A stretch of DNA of 64,000 bases from an uncultured Acidobacteriota bacterium (lineage in GTDB: Bacteria; Acidobacteriota; JAQAZP01). Below are positions 8,938 to 19,030 of this stretch, piece after piece (positions within the stretch are counted from its first letter, which is position 1; each line of letters begins with the position of its first letter). The DNA lies in NCBI GenBank assembly GCA_963836075.1, contig CAWIIB010000009.1, forward strand, positions 3,040,001-3,104,000, in the 5' to 3' direction. The translations under genes were made by a program, and so were the position numbers. Below the pieces are notes generated by a model. It worked only from the letters and a program-made list of their open reading frames with translations. It did not search any database and was not told where the DNA came from.

Positions 8938-11115
8938 TTATTCCCCCTTCTCGAAGATGGCCATGTCCACATCGCCGTCAAGGACATATTCGCTGAAGGT
9001 GACGCTCATGTAGTCCTCACCCTCGAGGCTGATGGTGACCAGCGCCGGGCCCGGGATGCCGTCATAGTCGGCCCACTCCCGCACCACCTCGGTCAGCTCG
9101 CCGGGCCCTGACATGGTCTCGCCCACAAAGCGGCGGCCAATGACCCGGCCGTTCTCCGCGGAGAGGTAGACTGTGGTGCTGCGCTCGAAGCGGTCACCGA
9201 TCACCACCCGGTGGGCGGCGGTCCCTTCGAAATCCACGTCGTCGACGTACTGGAAGGTCCAGTCCCCGCTGTCCACCCCGCGCAGGATGTGGTCCATGTC
9301 ACGGGCAAACTCCTTGGTGAAGTCCTCTGCCGCCGCCGGCTGTTTCTGGCCCCCCATCTCCTGCCAGCCCTCGGTGCCGTCGAATACGCGGATCATCGAC
9401 CCGAAGGGCAGGGTCAGCTTGGACCAGCTCTTGTCAGGGAACACGGTCCAGGACTCGGCGGAGATGCCCATCTCGCCCTGGGGCGTGGAGACGGTGATGT
9501 CCGATTTGGAGAAGACGTTCTTCGCCGCCAGCATCTTTTCGCCGCCGTGGGCCTGCGCCGCCGCCTTCATCAGTTCGGTGCCCCGGGCCAGCGACTCGGG
9601 GGTCGCCTCGGGGATCTCCTCGGAGGCCGGCGGGTCGGGGATGGTGATGTCCACCACCTGCACTTCGCCGTACCCGGAGAGCGGTTTGTCGAATTTCTCC
9701 GGGTCGCCCACCACCATCAGCACCATCTTCTCGGGGTGCCAGTATTCCCGGGCCACGCGGTTGACGTCGGCCACGGTCACGCCCTCGATGCTGGTTTTGT
9801 ACTTCATCAGGAAGTCGGACGGGTAGCCGTAGTAGTCGTAGGTCAGCAGGCGGTTGATCACCTCACCGGTGGAGTCGAAGTTGAAGACAAAGGAATTGAG
9901 GATGGCCTGCCGGGCCTGGTTCACCTCGTCCTGGGTCACGCCGCCCTCGATCAGCTTGGCCAGCTCGCTCTTCAGCAGGTCGATGGTGTAGCCGGTGTTC
10001 TCCAGGCTGGTGAAAGTGTAGATCTGCGCGTCGCCGGGATAGCCGTAGTTGGCGCTCACCCCGCCGCTGACCCCGTAGGTCAACCCTTCGGCGGTGCGCA
10101 CGGCGCGCATCAGCCGGCTGGTGAACCCCGAGGTGCCGAAGATCTCGTTCATCACCTGGATGGCGAAATAGTCGGGGTTGTCCCGGGTGGTGCCCAGGTG
10201 ACCCATGGCGATGTAGCTCTGGTTGAGGTCGGTCTTCTCCACCAGGTTCACCGACGCCGTCACTTCGGGGATCGCGGGGTAGGCGGGGAACTCCGGCGCG
10301 CCGGCTTCCCAGCCGGCAAAGGCCTGCTCCACCTGGGCGGTGATGGTCTCCGGGTCGATGTCGCCCCAGACGGCGAGGATGCAGTTCTCGGGGTGGAACC
10401 AGGTGCCGTGGAACGCCACCATGTCATCCCGGGTGATGCCGGCCAGGTGCTCGTATTCCATGTTCCGGGCGTAGACGCTGTCCGGCCCGTAAATCTTGCG
10501 GTAAAACTCGCGGTTGAGGATGCCATTGGGATCGTCGTTGCGCCGCGAGATGCCGCTCTTGGCCTCGATCATCGTCAGGTCGATCTTGTCCTGGGGGAAG
10601 GCCGGGTTGCGGATCACGTCGGCGAAGATCCCCAGCACCTGCTCGAAGTTCTCGGTGAGGCAGTTCAGGGTGGCGAAACCCGAATCGTCGCCGATGCCGA
10701 TTTCCACCCGTGCGGCGATCCCTTCCAGCAGGTCGTCCAGCTCGTCTCCGGGATGGTCCGCGGTGCCGCCGGTGCGCATCACGCTGCCGGTGATCCCGGC
10801 CAGGCCCACCTTGTCCGCCGGGTCGAGGAAACCGCCGGTGCGGATGATCATCCGCGCGTTGACCAGCGGCAGGTCGTTGTCCGGCAGGTAGTAGAGTTTC
10901 ATCCCGTTGGCCAGCACGGTCTGCTGCACCTCGGGGACCGTCAGTTCGCGCAGATCGGGATAGGTCAGTTTTTCATGCGGGCGTTTCTTGTCGCAGAACG
11001 CCGGCCCGGCCAGCACCGCGGATATGACGAATGCCGCGGCCAGGACGAGCGTAAGCAAGCTCGTGGCGTGATTTCTTCTCATCTGGAGTTCCTCTCTTGT
11101 CTTCTTCATGGCCAT
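8938..11115 (-). CDS. M16B peptidase non-catalytic subunit with C-terminal extension
   Basis: LANGM, DPADKVGLA, no HxxEH, SRLMRAVR..EGLTY (R/Y pair); start may be 11109 or 11082. Confidence 0.85.
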   Translation of the reverse strand: MAMKKTREELQMRRNHATSLLTLVLAAAFVISAVLAGPAFCDKKRPHEKLTYPDLRELTVPEVQQTVLANGMKLYYLPDNDLPLVNARMIIRTGGFLDPADKVGLAGITGSVMRTGGTADHPGDELDDLLEGIAARVEIGIGDDSGFATLNCLTENFEQVLGIFADVIRNPAFPQDKIDLTMIEAKSGISRRNDDPNGILNREFYRKIYGPDSVYARNMEYEHLAGITRDDMVAFHGTWFHPENCILAVWGDIDPETITAQVEQAFAGWEAGAPEFPAYPAIPEVTASVNLVEKTDLNQSYIAMGHLGTTRDNPDYFAIQVMNEIFGTSGFTSRLMRAVRTAEGLTYGVSGGVSANYGYPGDAQIYTFTSLENTGYTIDLLKSELAKLIEGGVTQDEVNQARQAILNSFVFNFDSTGEVINRLLTYDYYGYPSDFLMKYKTSIEGVTVADVNRVAREYWHPEKMVLMVVGDPEKFDKPLSGYGEVQVVDITIPDPPASEEIPEATPESLARGTELMKAAAQAHGGEKMLAAKNVFSKSDITVSTPQGEMGISAESWTVFPDKSWSKLTLPFGSMIRVFDGTEGWQEMGGQKQPAAAEDFTKEFARDMDHILRGVDSGDWTFQYVDDVDFEGTAAHRVVIGDRFERSTTVYLSAENGRVIGRRFVGETMSGPGELTEVVREWADYDGIPGPALVTISLEGEDYMSVTFSEYVLDGDVDMAIFEKGE

Positions 11116-11140
11116 GCTGTTGCCCTACAGTCACCAGTGC

Positions 11141-12655
11141 CTACTGCTCGAGGTCGGCCAGCGATTCCTGCGCTCCCACCGAGAGATTGGTGCGGGTGAA
11201 GACCTCATTGGCCACCCGCTGGATGTCCGCGCCGGTCACCGCCTCGATCCTCTCCACCTCCTGGAACATGGTGCGCCAGTCGCCGGTCATGGTGTGGTAG
11301 AAGGCCAACTGGTTGGCCATGCCGGTGTTCGAGTCCAGACCGCGGATGAAATCGGCCTTGGCCCTGGTCTTCAGCTTGGTCAGCTCCTGTTCGGAGACCG
11401 GTTCGTTCTTCAGCTTGTCGATCTCTTCCCAGATGGCCTGCTCCACTTCGGCGTTGGTATGGCCCTTGGAGGGAACGCCGATGAAGAGGAAGAGCCCGGG
11501 ATACTTGGACCCCGGCAGGCCGGTGAGGGTCATCGCGGCGATGGCGATCTGCTTTTCCTTGACCAGGCTCTTGTGCAGCCGTGAGCTGCGGCCTGCGCCC
11601 ATGACGTCGGAAATGGCGTCATACACCGCCCGTTCGGGGTGGTTGAACCCCGGCTTGTGGAAGCCCATGATCAGCAGCGGCTGGGCTTCCTCGTAGGTTA
11701 CCACCCGCCGCTCGGCGTTCTGCTGCGGTTCCACGGTGGTCACCGGCGAGGGCTTGGGCCCCCGGGGGATGGCGCCAAAATACTTCTCGATCACCGGGAA
11801 GGCTTCGTCAGGGTAGACGTCCCCGGCCACCGCCACAACCATGTTGCTCGGGTTGTAGTATTTGCGGAAGAAATTCTCGCACTTTGTCCGGTCCATGTTC
11901 TGGACATCGGACATGTGGCCCACCACCGGCACGCCGTAGGGGTGAGCCTTGTAAGCCACCGCCAGGTATTCTTCCAGCAGCCGGCCGATGGGGTTCGAGT
12001 CGGTGCGCATCCGCCGCTCTTCGGCCACCACCTGGACCTCGGCGTAAAACTCACGGAACACCGGATCGATGAAGCGGTCCGACTCGAGCACCGCCCAGAG
12101 CTCCAGGCGGTTCGACGGCAGGCTGTAGTAGTAGGTCGTGGTGTCGTAGCCGGTCCCGGCGTTGAGCCCCTGCACCCCTTCGCGGTTCAGGATCTCGTCC
12201 ATCTCGTTGCTGATCACGTATTGCCGGGCTTCGTCCTTGGCCTCCTCCAGCACCTTCTCCAGTTCGGCCAGTTTTTCGGGCGACGCCAGTTCACCCTTCA
12301 TGCGCTCGGCCATGATCGCGGCAAAGGCCTGGTCCTCGGCGGCCATGGCCTCGGCCTCCGCCTTGCGGTCCCGGCCCCCCACGGTGCCGGTGCCCTTGAA
12401 GGCCATGTGCTCCAGGATGTGGGCCAGGCCGGTGATGCCGTGGACCTCGTCCGAGGCGCCCACGTTGGCCTGGGTGACGAAGGAGATCACCGGTGCGTCG
12501 TGGTTCTCATAGATGATCACCTTCAGGCCGTTGGACAGCGTTTTCTCGTGGATCCGGGTCTGCACATCCTCGAACCCGTCACCGGCGAATACGGCCGGCG
12601 CGACGAGGATCGCAAGGGCTGCCAGCAGCGGCAGCAGCTTTCCTGCTCTTTTCAT
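11141..12655 (-). CDS. M16B zinc peptidase catalytic subunit
   Basis: Signal peptide; GLAHILEHMAFKGT (HxxEH), NAGTGYDTT.Y, EERRMR. Confidence 0.93.
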   Translation of the reverse strand: MKRAGKLLPLLAALAILVAPAVFAGDGFEDVQTRIHEKTLSNGLKVIIYENHDAPVISFVTQANVGASDEVHGITGLAHILEHMAFKGTGTVGGRDRKAEAEAMAAEDQAFAAIMAERMKGELASPEKLAELEKVLEEAKDEARQYVISNEMDEILNREGVQGLNAGTGYDTTTYYYSLPSNRLELWAVLESDRFIDPVFREFYAEVQVVAEERRMRTDSNPIGRLLEEYLAVAYKAHPYGVPVVGHMSDVQNMDRTKCENFFRKYYNPSNMVVAVAGDVYPDEAFPVIEKYFGAIPRGPKPSPVTTVEPQQNAERRVVTYEEAQPLLIMGFHKPGFNHPERAVYDAISDVMGAGRSSRLHKSLVKEKQIAIAAMTLTGLPGSKYPGLFLFIGVPSKGHTNAEVEQAIWEEIDKLKNEPVSEQELTKLKTRAKADFIRGLDSNTGMANQLAFYHTMTGDWRTMFQEVERIEAVTGADIQRVANEVFTRTNLSVGAQESLADLEQ

Positions 12656-12718
12656 TTGACTCCTCCAGTTGATGGCTGGGCCGGGGACCGGCGGTCTCCG
12701 GCAAAATAAAACTGTGTT

Positions 12719-13216
12719 TCACTCTTCCATGGATATCTCGTCGGGCAGCTCGTTGACGTCGTCTTCCTGCCAGGGGAAGAACGCGGCAAGCTTTTCGCCC
12801 GCGCTGGCGATCCCGGCCACAATGCCGCCGGCAAAGTCGTTGCGGCAAAAATACCCGGCCATTTCCCGGGAGGTCTCCTCCCAGAAGCCATCGGGCACTT
12901 TCTCGTTTATGCCCTGGTCGCCGATGATGGCGAACCGCTTCTTTTTCAGGCCGAGAAAAATGAGCACCCCGTTCCGTGCCTCGGTCCGGTGCATCCCCAG
13001 TCGCCTGAAAACCACCACCGCCGCCCGGTAGGGGTTGCGTCCGGCCTTCCGCGCCAGGTGAACCCGGATCTCGCCGGAGGTGATCTTTTCCGCGGCGGCC
13101 ACGGCATCGACGATCCGGCGTTGTTCCTCGACGGTGAGGAAGGTCATCGGATCATTGCCCCGCTTCACCGGCGCTTGCGGCTCTCTCTGCTCTTCCCCCA
13201 TACTATCTTTTTCCAT
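12719..13216 (-). CDS. TPM-domain (DUF477-like) protein
   Basis: AEKITSGEIRV, RNGVLI, IIGDQGIN, NELPDEI; true start may be ~13147. Confidence 0.85.
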   Translation of the reverse strand: MEKDSMGEEQREPQAPVKRGNDPMTFLTVEEQRRIVDAVAAAEKITSGEIRVHLARKAGRNPYRAAVVVFRRLGMHRTEARNGVLIFLGLKKKRFAIIGDQGINEKVPDGFWEETSREMAGYFCRNDFAGGIVAGIASAGEKLAAFFPWQEDDVNELPDEISMEE

Positions 13217-13237
13217 TTCGATCCAGTCCTATGATTC

Positions 13238-14026
13238 CTACCAGCTTCCCGTGGCCCCGCCCCCGCCAAAACTGCCGCCGCCTGGCGAGAACCCTCCTCC
13301 TCCGCCACCTCCGCCGGACCATCCGCCCCCGCTGCCGGTGTAGCTGCCGCGGCCGCCGCCGAGAATGAGAAACCACATCAGGGCCGACCGGCCGCGCCGG
13401 CCGCCGAAGATGAAAATGAGGATGAAGATCAGCGGGATGATCAGCCCGCCGAATCCCTTCTTGCTGCGTTGGCTTTGGCTGTTGCCACCGGCCGGGGCGC
13501 TGTATTCACCCTCGATGGCCCGCATGGCCGCCGACATCCCCGCCGCGATCCCGCCGGGAAAATCACCCTGGCGGAAGCGCGGGGTGACCTCGTTGTTGAT
13601 GATCCGGATGGCCAGCGCATCGGGCAGGGCGCCTTCCAGCCCATAGCCCACCTCGAAGCGGACTTTCCGCTCCTTGACGAAGACCACCAGGATCAGCCCG
13701 TTGTCATTGTTCCGGCTGCCCACCTTCCATTTTTCGGCCAGACGGATGGAGACGTCCTCAGGCACGCCGCCCTCGGTGCTCTCGAACGTCGCCACCAGCA
13801 ACTGGTTGGTGGTGCGCCGCTCGAAATCGGCCAGGGTCCGCTCCAACTCGGCCCGCTGGGCCGGAGTGAGCAGGCCGGCGTAGTCGTTGACCCGCGCCGC
13901 CGGGCGGTCGGGATAGACGAGGTCGGCGGTCAGCAGCGGCGCCGGAGCTGCCAGGGACAGCAGGAGCGTCAGCACCGCCACCGCCCTGAACAGCCCCCAA
14001 CCTGCACCGCTGATTGCGGAGTTCAT
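13238..14026 (-). CDS. TPM-domain YgcG-family protein with Gly-rich tail
   Basis: VNDYAGLL, EVGYGLEGALPD, GGGSFGGGGATGSW. Confidence 0.9.
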   Translation of the reverse strand: MNSAISGAGWGLFRAVAVLTLLLSLAAPAPLLTADLVYPDRPAARVNDYAGLLTPAQRAELERTLADFERRTTNQLLVATFESTEGGVPEDVSIRLAEKWKVGSRNNDNGLILVVFVKERKVRFEVGYGLEGALPDALAIRIINNEVTPRFRQGDFPGGIAAGMSAAMRAIEGEYSAPAGGNSQSQRSKKGFGGLIIPLIFILIFIFGGRRGRSALMWFLILGGGRGSYTGSGGGWSGGGGGGGGFSPGGGSFGGGGATGSW

Positions 14027-14634
14027 CAGAACTGGACCTCCGGAGCCTGGTCAGCGCCGGCCGCCGCCTCAAAGTAGGGGATCTGGCTGAAACCGGACAT
14101 GGAGGCCACCACCGATGCCGGGAACTTGCGAATCGTGGTGTTGTAGGACTGGGCCACCTCGTTGAACCGGCGGCGCTCCTGGGTGATCCGGTTCTCCGTC
14201 CCTTCCAGCTGCACCTGGAGTTCGAGGAAATTCTGGTTGGCCTTCAGTTCGGGATACCTCTCCACCACCACCATCAGCCGGCCCAGCGCGGCGCCCAGGC
14301 CGTCCTGTGCCGACTGGAACTGGGCCAGCGCGGCCGGATTGCCCATCAGTTTCGACGGGTCCACCTGGATCGACGAGGCCTTGGACCGCGCTTCGGTCAC
14401 CTCGGTGAAGGTCTCCTGTTCGTGCTCGGCGTAGCCCTTCACCGTGGCCACCAGGTTGGGGATCAGGTCGAGACGCCGCTGGTAGACGTTCTCCACCTGG
14501 GACCACTGGGACTTTACCGACTCTTCGGATTCCACCAGACCGTTGCGGACGCCGACAAACCACATGAAGACGGCGCCGACGATGGCCAGCAGAACCAGCA
14601 CCACGACACCGCACCCGATCATTCCCTTACTCAT
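14026..14634 (-). CDS. lemA: LemA family protein
   Basis: YQRRLDLIPNLVATVKGYA.HE, ERYPELKANQNF, LEGTENRI; start ATG 14634. Confidence 0.95.
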   Translation of the reverse strand: MSKGMIGCGVVVLVLLAIVGAVFMWFVGVRNGLVESEESVKSQWSQVENVYQRRLDLIPNLVATVKGYAEHEQETFTEVTEARSKASSIQVDPSKLMGNPAALAQFQSAQDGLGAALGRLMVVVERYPELKANQNFLELQVQLEGTENRITQERRRFNEVAQSYNTTIRKFPASVVASMSGFSQIPYFEAAAGADQAPEVQF

Positions 14635-14821
14635 CGATAGTATTCCTTTCATCTGTGCCGCCAACCCTGGCGGCGCCGCCACGGCGGCCGGTGATCATAA
14701 TGGACGTGGTATTCGGACCCGGTGCTAGCCGGGAACAAGGCTGTCATTGTAATATTACGAGCCTGTGGTGGGCAATTGTTTCACCGGGGTTTTTATCATA
14801 TCGGAACCGGCGGAGGATATC

Positions 14822-16042
14822 ATGGAACTGAATATCCCGGGAGTGGACCGGAAAGGGAACGCTCCCCGGGTGGTGGGCGGCCTGGAAAGCCTGTTCGGCG
14901 ATGCGGGACTGCTCTCGTCCCTGGAGGGCAAGGCCCTGGGCCTGCTGGCCAACCAGGCCTCGGTGGACCGCCGGCTCAACGGCGCCGCCGCGCTGTTCAT
15001 TGCCGACCGCGGCCTGGACCTCCAGGCCCTGTTCGGGCCCCAGCACGGAGCCCGGGGCGAGAAACAGGACAACATGGTGGAGTCCGACGACTACATCGAC
15101 CCGGCGTGCGGTCTCACCGTGTACAGCCTCTACGGGGAGCACCGCAAACCCACCGCGGAGATGCTGGCCGGCCTCGATGTCCTGGTGGTGGACCTGCAGG
15201 ACGTGGGCACCCGGGTCTACACCTTCATGAGCACCCTGGCCCTGGCCATGCAGGCCTGCCGGGAGACCGGCACCAGGGTGGTGGTGCTGGACCGCCCGAA
15301 CCCGGTGGGCGGCGAGGTGGTGGAGGGGCCGATGCTCGACCCCGGGTTCGTCTCCTTTGTGGGGCTCTGCCCGGTGCCGCTGCGCCACGGCCTGACCATC
15401 GGCGAGCTGGCCCGGCTCTACAACGACCACTTCGGCATCGGCTGTGCCCTGGATGTGATCGCTGCCGAGGGCTGGCGGCGGGAGATGCTTTTCCCCGACA
15501 CCGGCCTGCCCTGGGTCATGCCCTCTCCGAACATGCCCGCCTGGGATACCGCCCTGGTCTACCCGGGCACGGTGCTGGTGGAGGGGACCACGCTCTCCGA
15601 GGGGCGGGGCACCACGAGGCCGTTCCACCTGGTGGGCGCTCCGCTGCTGGACCCGGTGAAACTGGCCGGTGCGCTGGCGGAGGAGGGGCTGGAGGGCGTG
15701 ATCTTCAGGCCGGCCAGCTTTGAGCCCACCTTCCAGAAATGGGCCGGTCAGATGTGCGGCGGTGTGGAACTGCACGTCACCGACCCCTGGGCCTTCCGGC
15801 CGGTATCCGCTGCGGTGGCCCTGCTGGCTGCCGTCCGGGACCAGCGGGCCGACCAGCTGGGCTGGCGGGAGCCGCCCTACGAGTACGAGACGGAGAAGAT
15901 GCCCATCGACATCCTTTACGGTTCACCGGAACTGCGCCGGCACCTGGGGGAGGGGGGCGGCTGGCGGGACCTGGCCGCCGGCTGGCAGGAGGGCGAGGAC
16001 GCCTTTCGCGAACTTCGCCGGTCATATCTGCTGTATCACTGA
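14822..16042 (+). CDS. namZ: DUF1343 / exo-beta-N-acetylmuramidase NamZ family
   Basis: LFGPQHG, YSLYG, DLQDVGTRVYTF, LDRPNP, RHGLTIGELA, PSPNMP, SEGRGTTRPF. Confidence 0.9.
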   Translation: MELNIPGVDRKGNAPRVVGGLESLFGDAGLLSSLEGKALGLLANQASVDRRLNGAAALFIADRGLDLQALFGPQHGARGEKQDNMVESDDYIDPACGLTVYSLYGEHRKPTAEMLAGLDVLVVDLQDVGTRVYTFMSTLALAMQACRETGTRVVVLDRPNPVGGEVVEGPMLDPGFVSFVGLCPVPLRHGLTIGELARLYNDHFGIGCALDVIAAEGWRREMLFPDTGLPWVMPSPNMPAWDTALVYPGTVLVEGTTLSEGRGTTRPFHLVGAPLLDPVKLAGALAEEGLEGVIFRPASFEPTFQKWAGQMCGGVELHVTDPWAFRPVSAAVALLAAVRDQRADQLGWREPPYEYETEKMPIDILYGSPELRRHLGEGGGWRDLAAGWQEGEDAFRELRRSYLLYH

Positions 16043-16055
16043 ATGAGGTAAGACC

Positions 16056-17057
16056 TTGACCCACCAGTTGACCCGGCGCGCCGTCGATGCCGCCCGCAGC
16101 GCCTGCGGTAATGCCCGGCCCTCCATCTGGTTTTCCGGCGGGGCGGATCCGGCCCTGCTGGACGCCCTGCCCGGCCTGGTGTCGGAACTTCCCGTCCGCC
16201 CGGTGCTGGTTGGCCGGACGGAACGGATCCGGGGCCTGGCCCGCCAGCGGGGCGTCGACCTGGACCTGGTGCAGATCGACGGCCCGGAGATGTCGGAGGA
16301 CCTGCCGGTCTTCGCCACCCGTCTGTTGGAGATGCGGCGCCGCAAGGGGCTCACCCCGCCGGCGGCGCAGCGCCTGGTGGGCGACCCCCTCGGCTTTTCG
16401 CTGATGGCCCTGCGCACCGGGCGGGCCGACGGTCTGCTCTGCACGGCGGGGATCGAACTGCCGGCCACTCTGCGGACCATCCTCCGGGTGATCGGCACTG
16501 CGGGGGCGGCGGAGCGCGCCTGCGGGCTGACCCTGGTCTCCGGCGGCGGTCGCCTGCTGCTGGCCGCCGACACCGTGCTGCACACCGAACCGGACGCCGA
16601 ACAGCTGGTGCGGATCGCGCTGCTGGCCGCCGGGGCCGCGCCGGCCCTCGGTGTGGAGCCGCGGGTGGCGCTGCTTTCGGCCTCGGACTACGGGAGCCTT
16701 CCCGGGCCGGGGGCGGAGCGGGTCAGGCAGGCGGCGGAAATGCTGAAGACCAGGCGGCCCGACTTGGAGACCGATGGTGAGATGCTGCCGGCCAGCGCCC
16801 TCGACCCCGCCCGGGTAGAGGCCCTGCACCCCCACTCCCGGACCCGCGGTGCGGCTGCCGTGCTGGTGTTTCCCGACCTGCAGTCGGCCCGGCTCTCTGT
16901 CCAGCTGGCCCGCCACGCCGGCGGCGCCGAGACCTCCGCATCCTTCCTCGCCGGGCTGGAGAAGCCGGTGAACTTTCTGCCCCTGCGGCCCTCCGCCGAC
17001 GACGTACTCTTCCTCACCGCCATGACTATCCTTGCCGCAATGTCGTGGAATAGGTGA
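16056..17057 (+). CDS. Divergent phosphate acetyl/butyryltransferase-fold protein (resembles the MaeB C-terminal domain)
   Basis: G.ADGL, ADT.....PDAEQL..IA, EPRVALLS.S.YGS, DGEM, VLVFPDL, GL.KPV; N-terminus degenerate. Confidence 0.7.
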   Translation: MTHQLTRRAVDAARSACGNARPSIWFSGGADPALLDALPGLVSELPVRPVLVGRTERIRGLARQRGVDLDLVQIDGPEMSEDLPVFATRLLEMRRRKGLTPPAAQRLVGDPLGFSLMALRTGRADGLLCTAGIELPATLRTILRVIGTAGAAERACGLTLVSGGGRLLLAADTVLHTEPDAEQLVRIALLAAGAAPALGVEPRVALLSASDYGSLPGPGAERVRQAAEMLKTRRPDLETDGEMLPASALDPARVEALHPHSRTRGAAAVLVFPDLQSARLSVQLARHAGGAETSASFLAGLEKPVNFLPLRPSADDVLFLTAMTILAAMSWNR

Positions 17058-17060
17058 CTG

Positions 17061-18592
17061 TCACCTCTTCGGGTGGGAATCCAGTAGGGGGCCGAAGCGC
17101 TGGTGGCTCGATTTGCGGTCCCGGCGGGCCTTGTAGGCCCAGTAGGGGCGGTTGCCCAGGGCGAAGAGGCGGCGGAAGGGCCATGATTCCATCAGCATCA
17201 CCAGCGGTTTCCAGGCCAGGGCGGCGATGATCGGCCGCGGTACGCCCTGGTTGACCATCAGGAAGAGCATGTTGACCCAGCTCAGGCCGCGGTGGTGGTC
17301 CTCCTTGTGGTAGGAGTCCTCGCCGCCCCCGATGATGCCGTCGGCCAGGGCCTTGCGGTAGAGCTCGGTGCCGGGGAAGAAGGTCAGCGAGAAGAGCTGG
17401 AGCACGAAGGGCCGGGGCATCCGCAGTACGGCGCGGAGGGTCTCCAGCACCGCCGGTGTCTCCTCGTAGGGGTTTTCCAGGATCACGTCGTAGGCCGGAA
17501 TAACGTCCTCCGGGAGGTGCCGGTGGATCAGGGTCGCGCAGTGCACCAGTTTGTCGGCGGAGAAATACTTCCGCCGGTAGAGCTCGTTGGTCGAGCCGGC
17601 CGCCGACTGGATCCCCACTTCAACCCGCCGCAGGCCGGCATCCACCAGCAGTTTCAGCTTCTCCTCCTTCACCGACTGGACGCTGAGCAGGCAGAAGAAA
17701 GGGAAGTTGACGGCGTCCTTGTAACGCCGGCTGAACTCGGCCAGTTCCTCCAGGGAACCGTAGATGAAACAGTCGTCGGCGAAATTGATCCGGTTGAATT
17801 GCGGGAACCGCCGGCGCATCCACTCCAGCTCCCCCATCAGGTGGTCCACGCTGCGGCGGCGCACCGACTTCTGCTTCGAGTAGAGCTCCAGCAGCGCGTT
17901 GTTGATGCAGAAAGAGCAGTGGTAGGGGCAGCCGCGGGTCCACATGGTTTCATAGACCACGTGGTCCGGGCCGATGAAATTAACCCGGCCGCGGGACATC
18001 TCGGTGAGCAGTTCCTCACTCAACGGCACCACGCTGTCGCCAACCAGCACGAACTGGTCCGGCAGGTGGTAATCGGGGTAGGGGAGCGTGTCCAGGTCCT
18101 GGATCAGCGGCCGGGGCGGGTTGCTGACCAGGCTGCCGTTAGCTGTATACGCTATGTTCGGCATGCCGGCAATGTCCGTTCCTGCGTTCAGGGCATCGGC
18201 CAACTCGAGGACCGCACCCTCGCCTTCTCCCACGCAGACGAAATCGGCCACCCCGGCGCACTCGCCGGGGGCGATGGTGGGGTGCACCCCGCCCCAGACC
18301 GCCGGTATCCGGTTTTTTCTCGCACGGCGCGGGTCAGTTCGGAGATCTTGGGGAAGTAGTTGGTCATCAGCGAGTAGCCCACCAGCCGGCTGTCGCCGCA
18401 CAGCTCGGCCACCTGGTCCACCACCCGCTCGTTGTAGGTGCCGGCGAAATCGACGCCCTGTTCCATCACGGCGGCCAGGTCGGGCAGGAAGATCAGGCGG
18501 ACCTGGTGGCCCCCTTGCCGCAGATAGGCCGAGATGCTGCGGATGGAGAGGGCTGTGATGTCGAGATAGGGCGCGATCAGGGTGATATTCAT
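17061..18592 (-). CDS. Cobalamin-binding radical SAM protein, split by a single-base deletion near 18310-18318
   Basis: N-terminal B12-binding part MNITLIAP...LVGYSLMT in one frame; WGGVHPT, GEGE, TRGCPYHCSFC, FADD in another; the break is next to an A6 run. Confidence 0.85.
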
Positions 18593-18692
18593 CAGGGGCA
18601 TCCCCGGGCTGTTGCTGGCAACTGGTTGCCGCCCGTTGGCGGCACACGATTATAGGGGTATGGGTGAAAGGGGATCAACAGGGTAGAGAGGC

Positions 18693-18719
18693 AAAAAAAG
18701 TGGGGAGGTTGCCCTCCCC
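18693..18719 (-). terminator. Intrinsic terminator
   Basis: Minus strand GGGGAGG-gcaa-CCTCCCC-ac-TTTTTTT. Confidence 0.85.
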
Positions 18720-18855
18720 GAATATCTAATCAGAAGGTTTGGTAATCCTGGGCCCGCCGCCGGGATCGCAGTTTCCTTACCCGTCTCCCTAAAAAACGGT
18801 TCGGAATGCCGCCACTCGCGAAATGCACGGCCAACGAAACCACGGTAAGCCCGCC
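18693..18855 (-). ncRNA. Candidate ~160 nt structured sRNA or attenuator leader
   Basis: Bounded by a promoter motif and a terminator, no credible ORF, long nested stem (CTTACCGT/ACGGGTAAG, GGTTTCG/CGAACC, GCCG/CGGC). Confidence 0.45.
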
Positions 18856-18865
18856 CGAAAATATA

Positions 18866-18881
18866 CGCAATAATCCTGCCA
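18866..18881 (-). promoter_or_regulatory. Sigma54 (-24/-12) promoter motif
   Basis: TGGCAGGATTATTGCG (GG-N10-GC), nested in TTGCCT-N17-TATATT. Confidence 0.6.
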
Positions 18882-19030
18882 CAGGCAACCCCCTTGCTTC
18901 GTTCAGCCTAATCCGTTTAAATTGTATGGTTTTCTGAATGGTCTGCCACATACACGAATGACGCCATAAATCCAAAAAGTTGAATTTTCTTCATGATTTT
19001 GGAGTTTTGAGCTCCAGGGAGGAACCCGTG

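Noticed and set aside
18305-18320. B12 radical SAM frameshift as part of the GTAC pattern or as programmed frameshifting
   Set aside because: It is a one-base deletion beside an A6 run with no GTAC, so it is most simply a homopolymer sequencing error.
18740-18800. Cobalamin riboswitch upstream of the B12 radical SAM gene
   Set aside because: There is only a loose AGGGA resemblance; the GCCACTG/ACTGT core and B12 box were not found.
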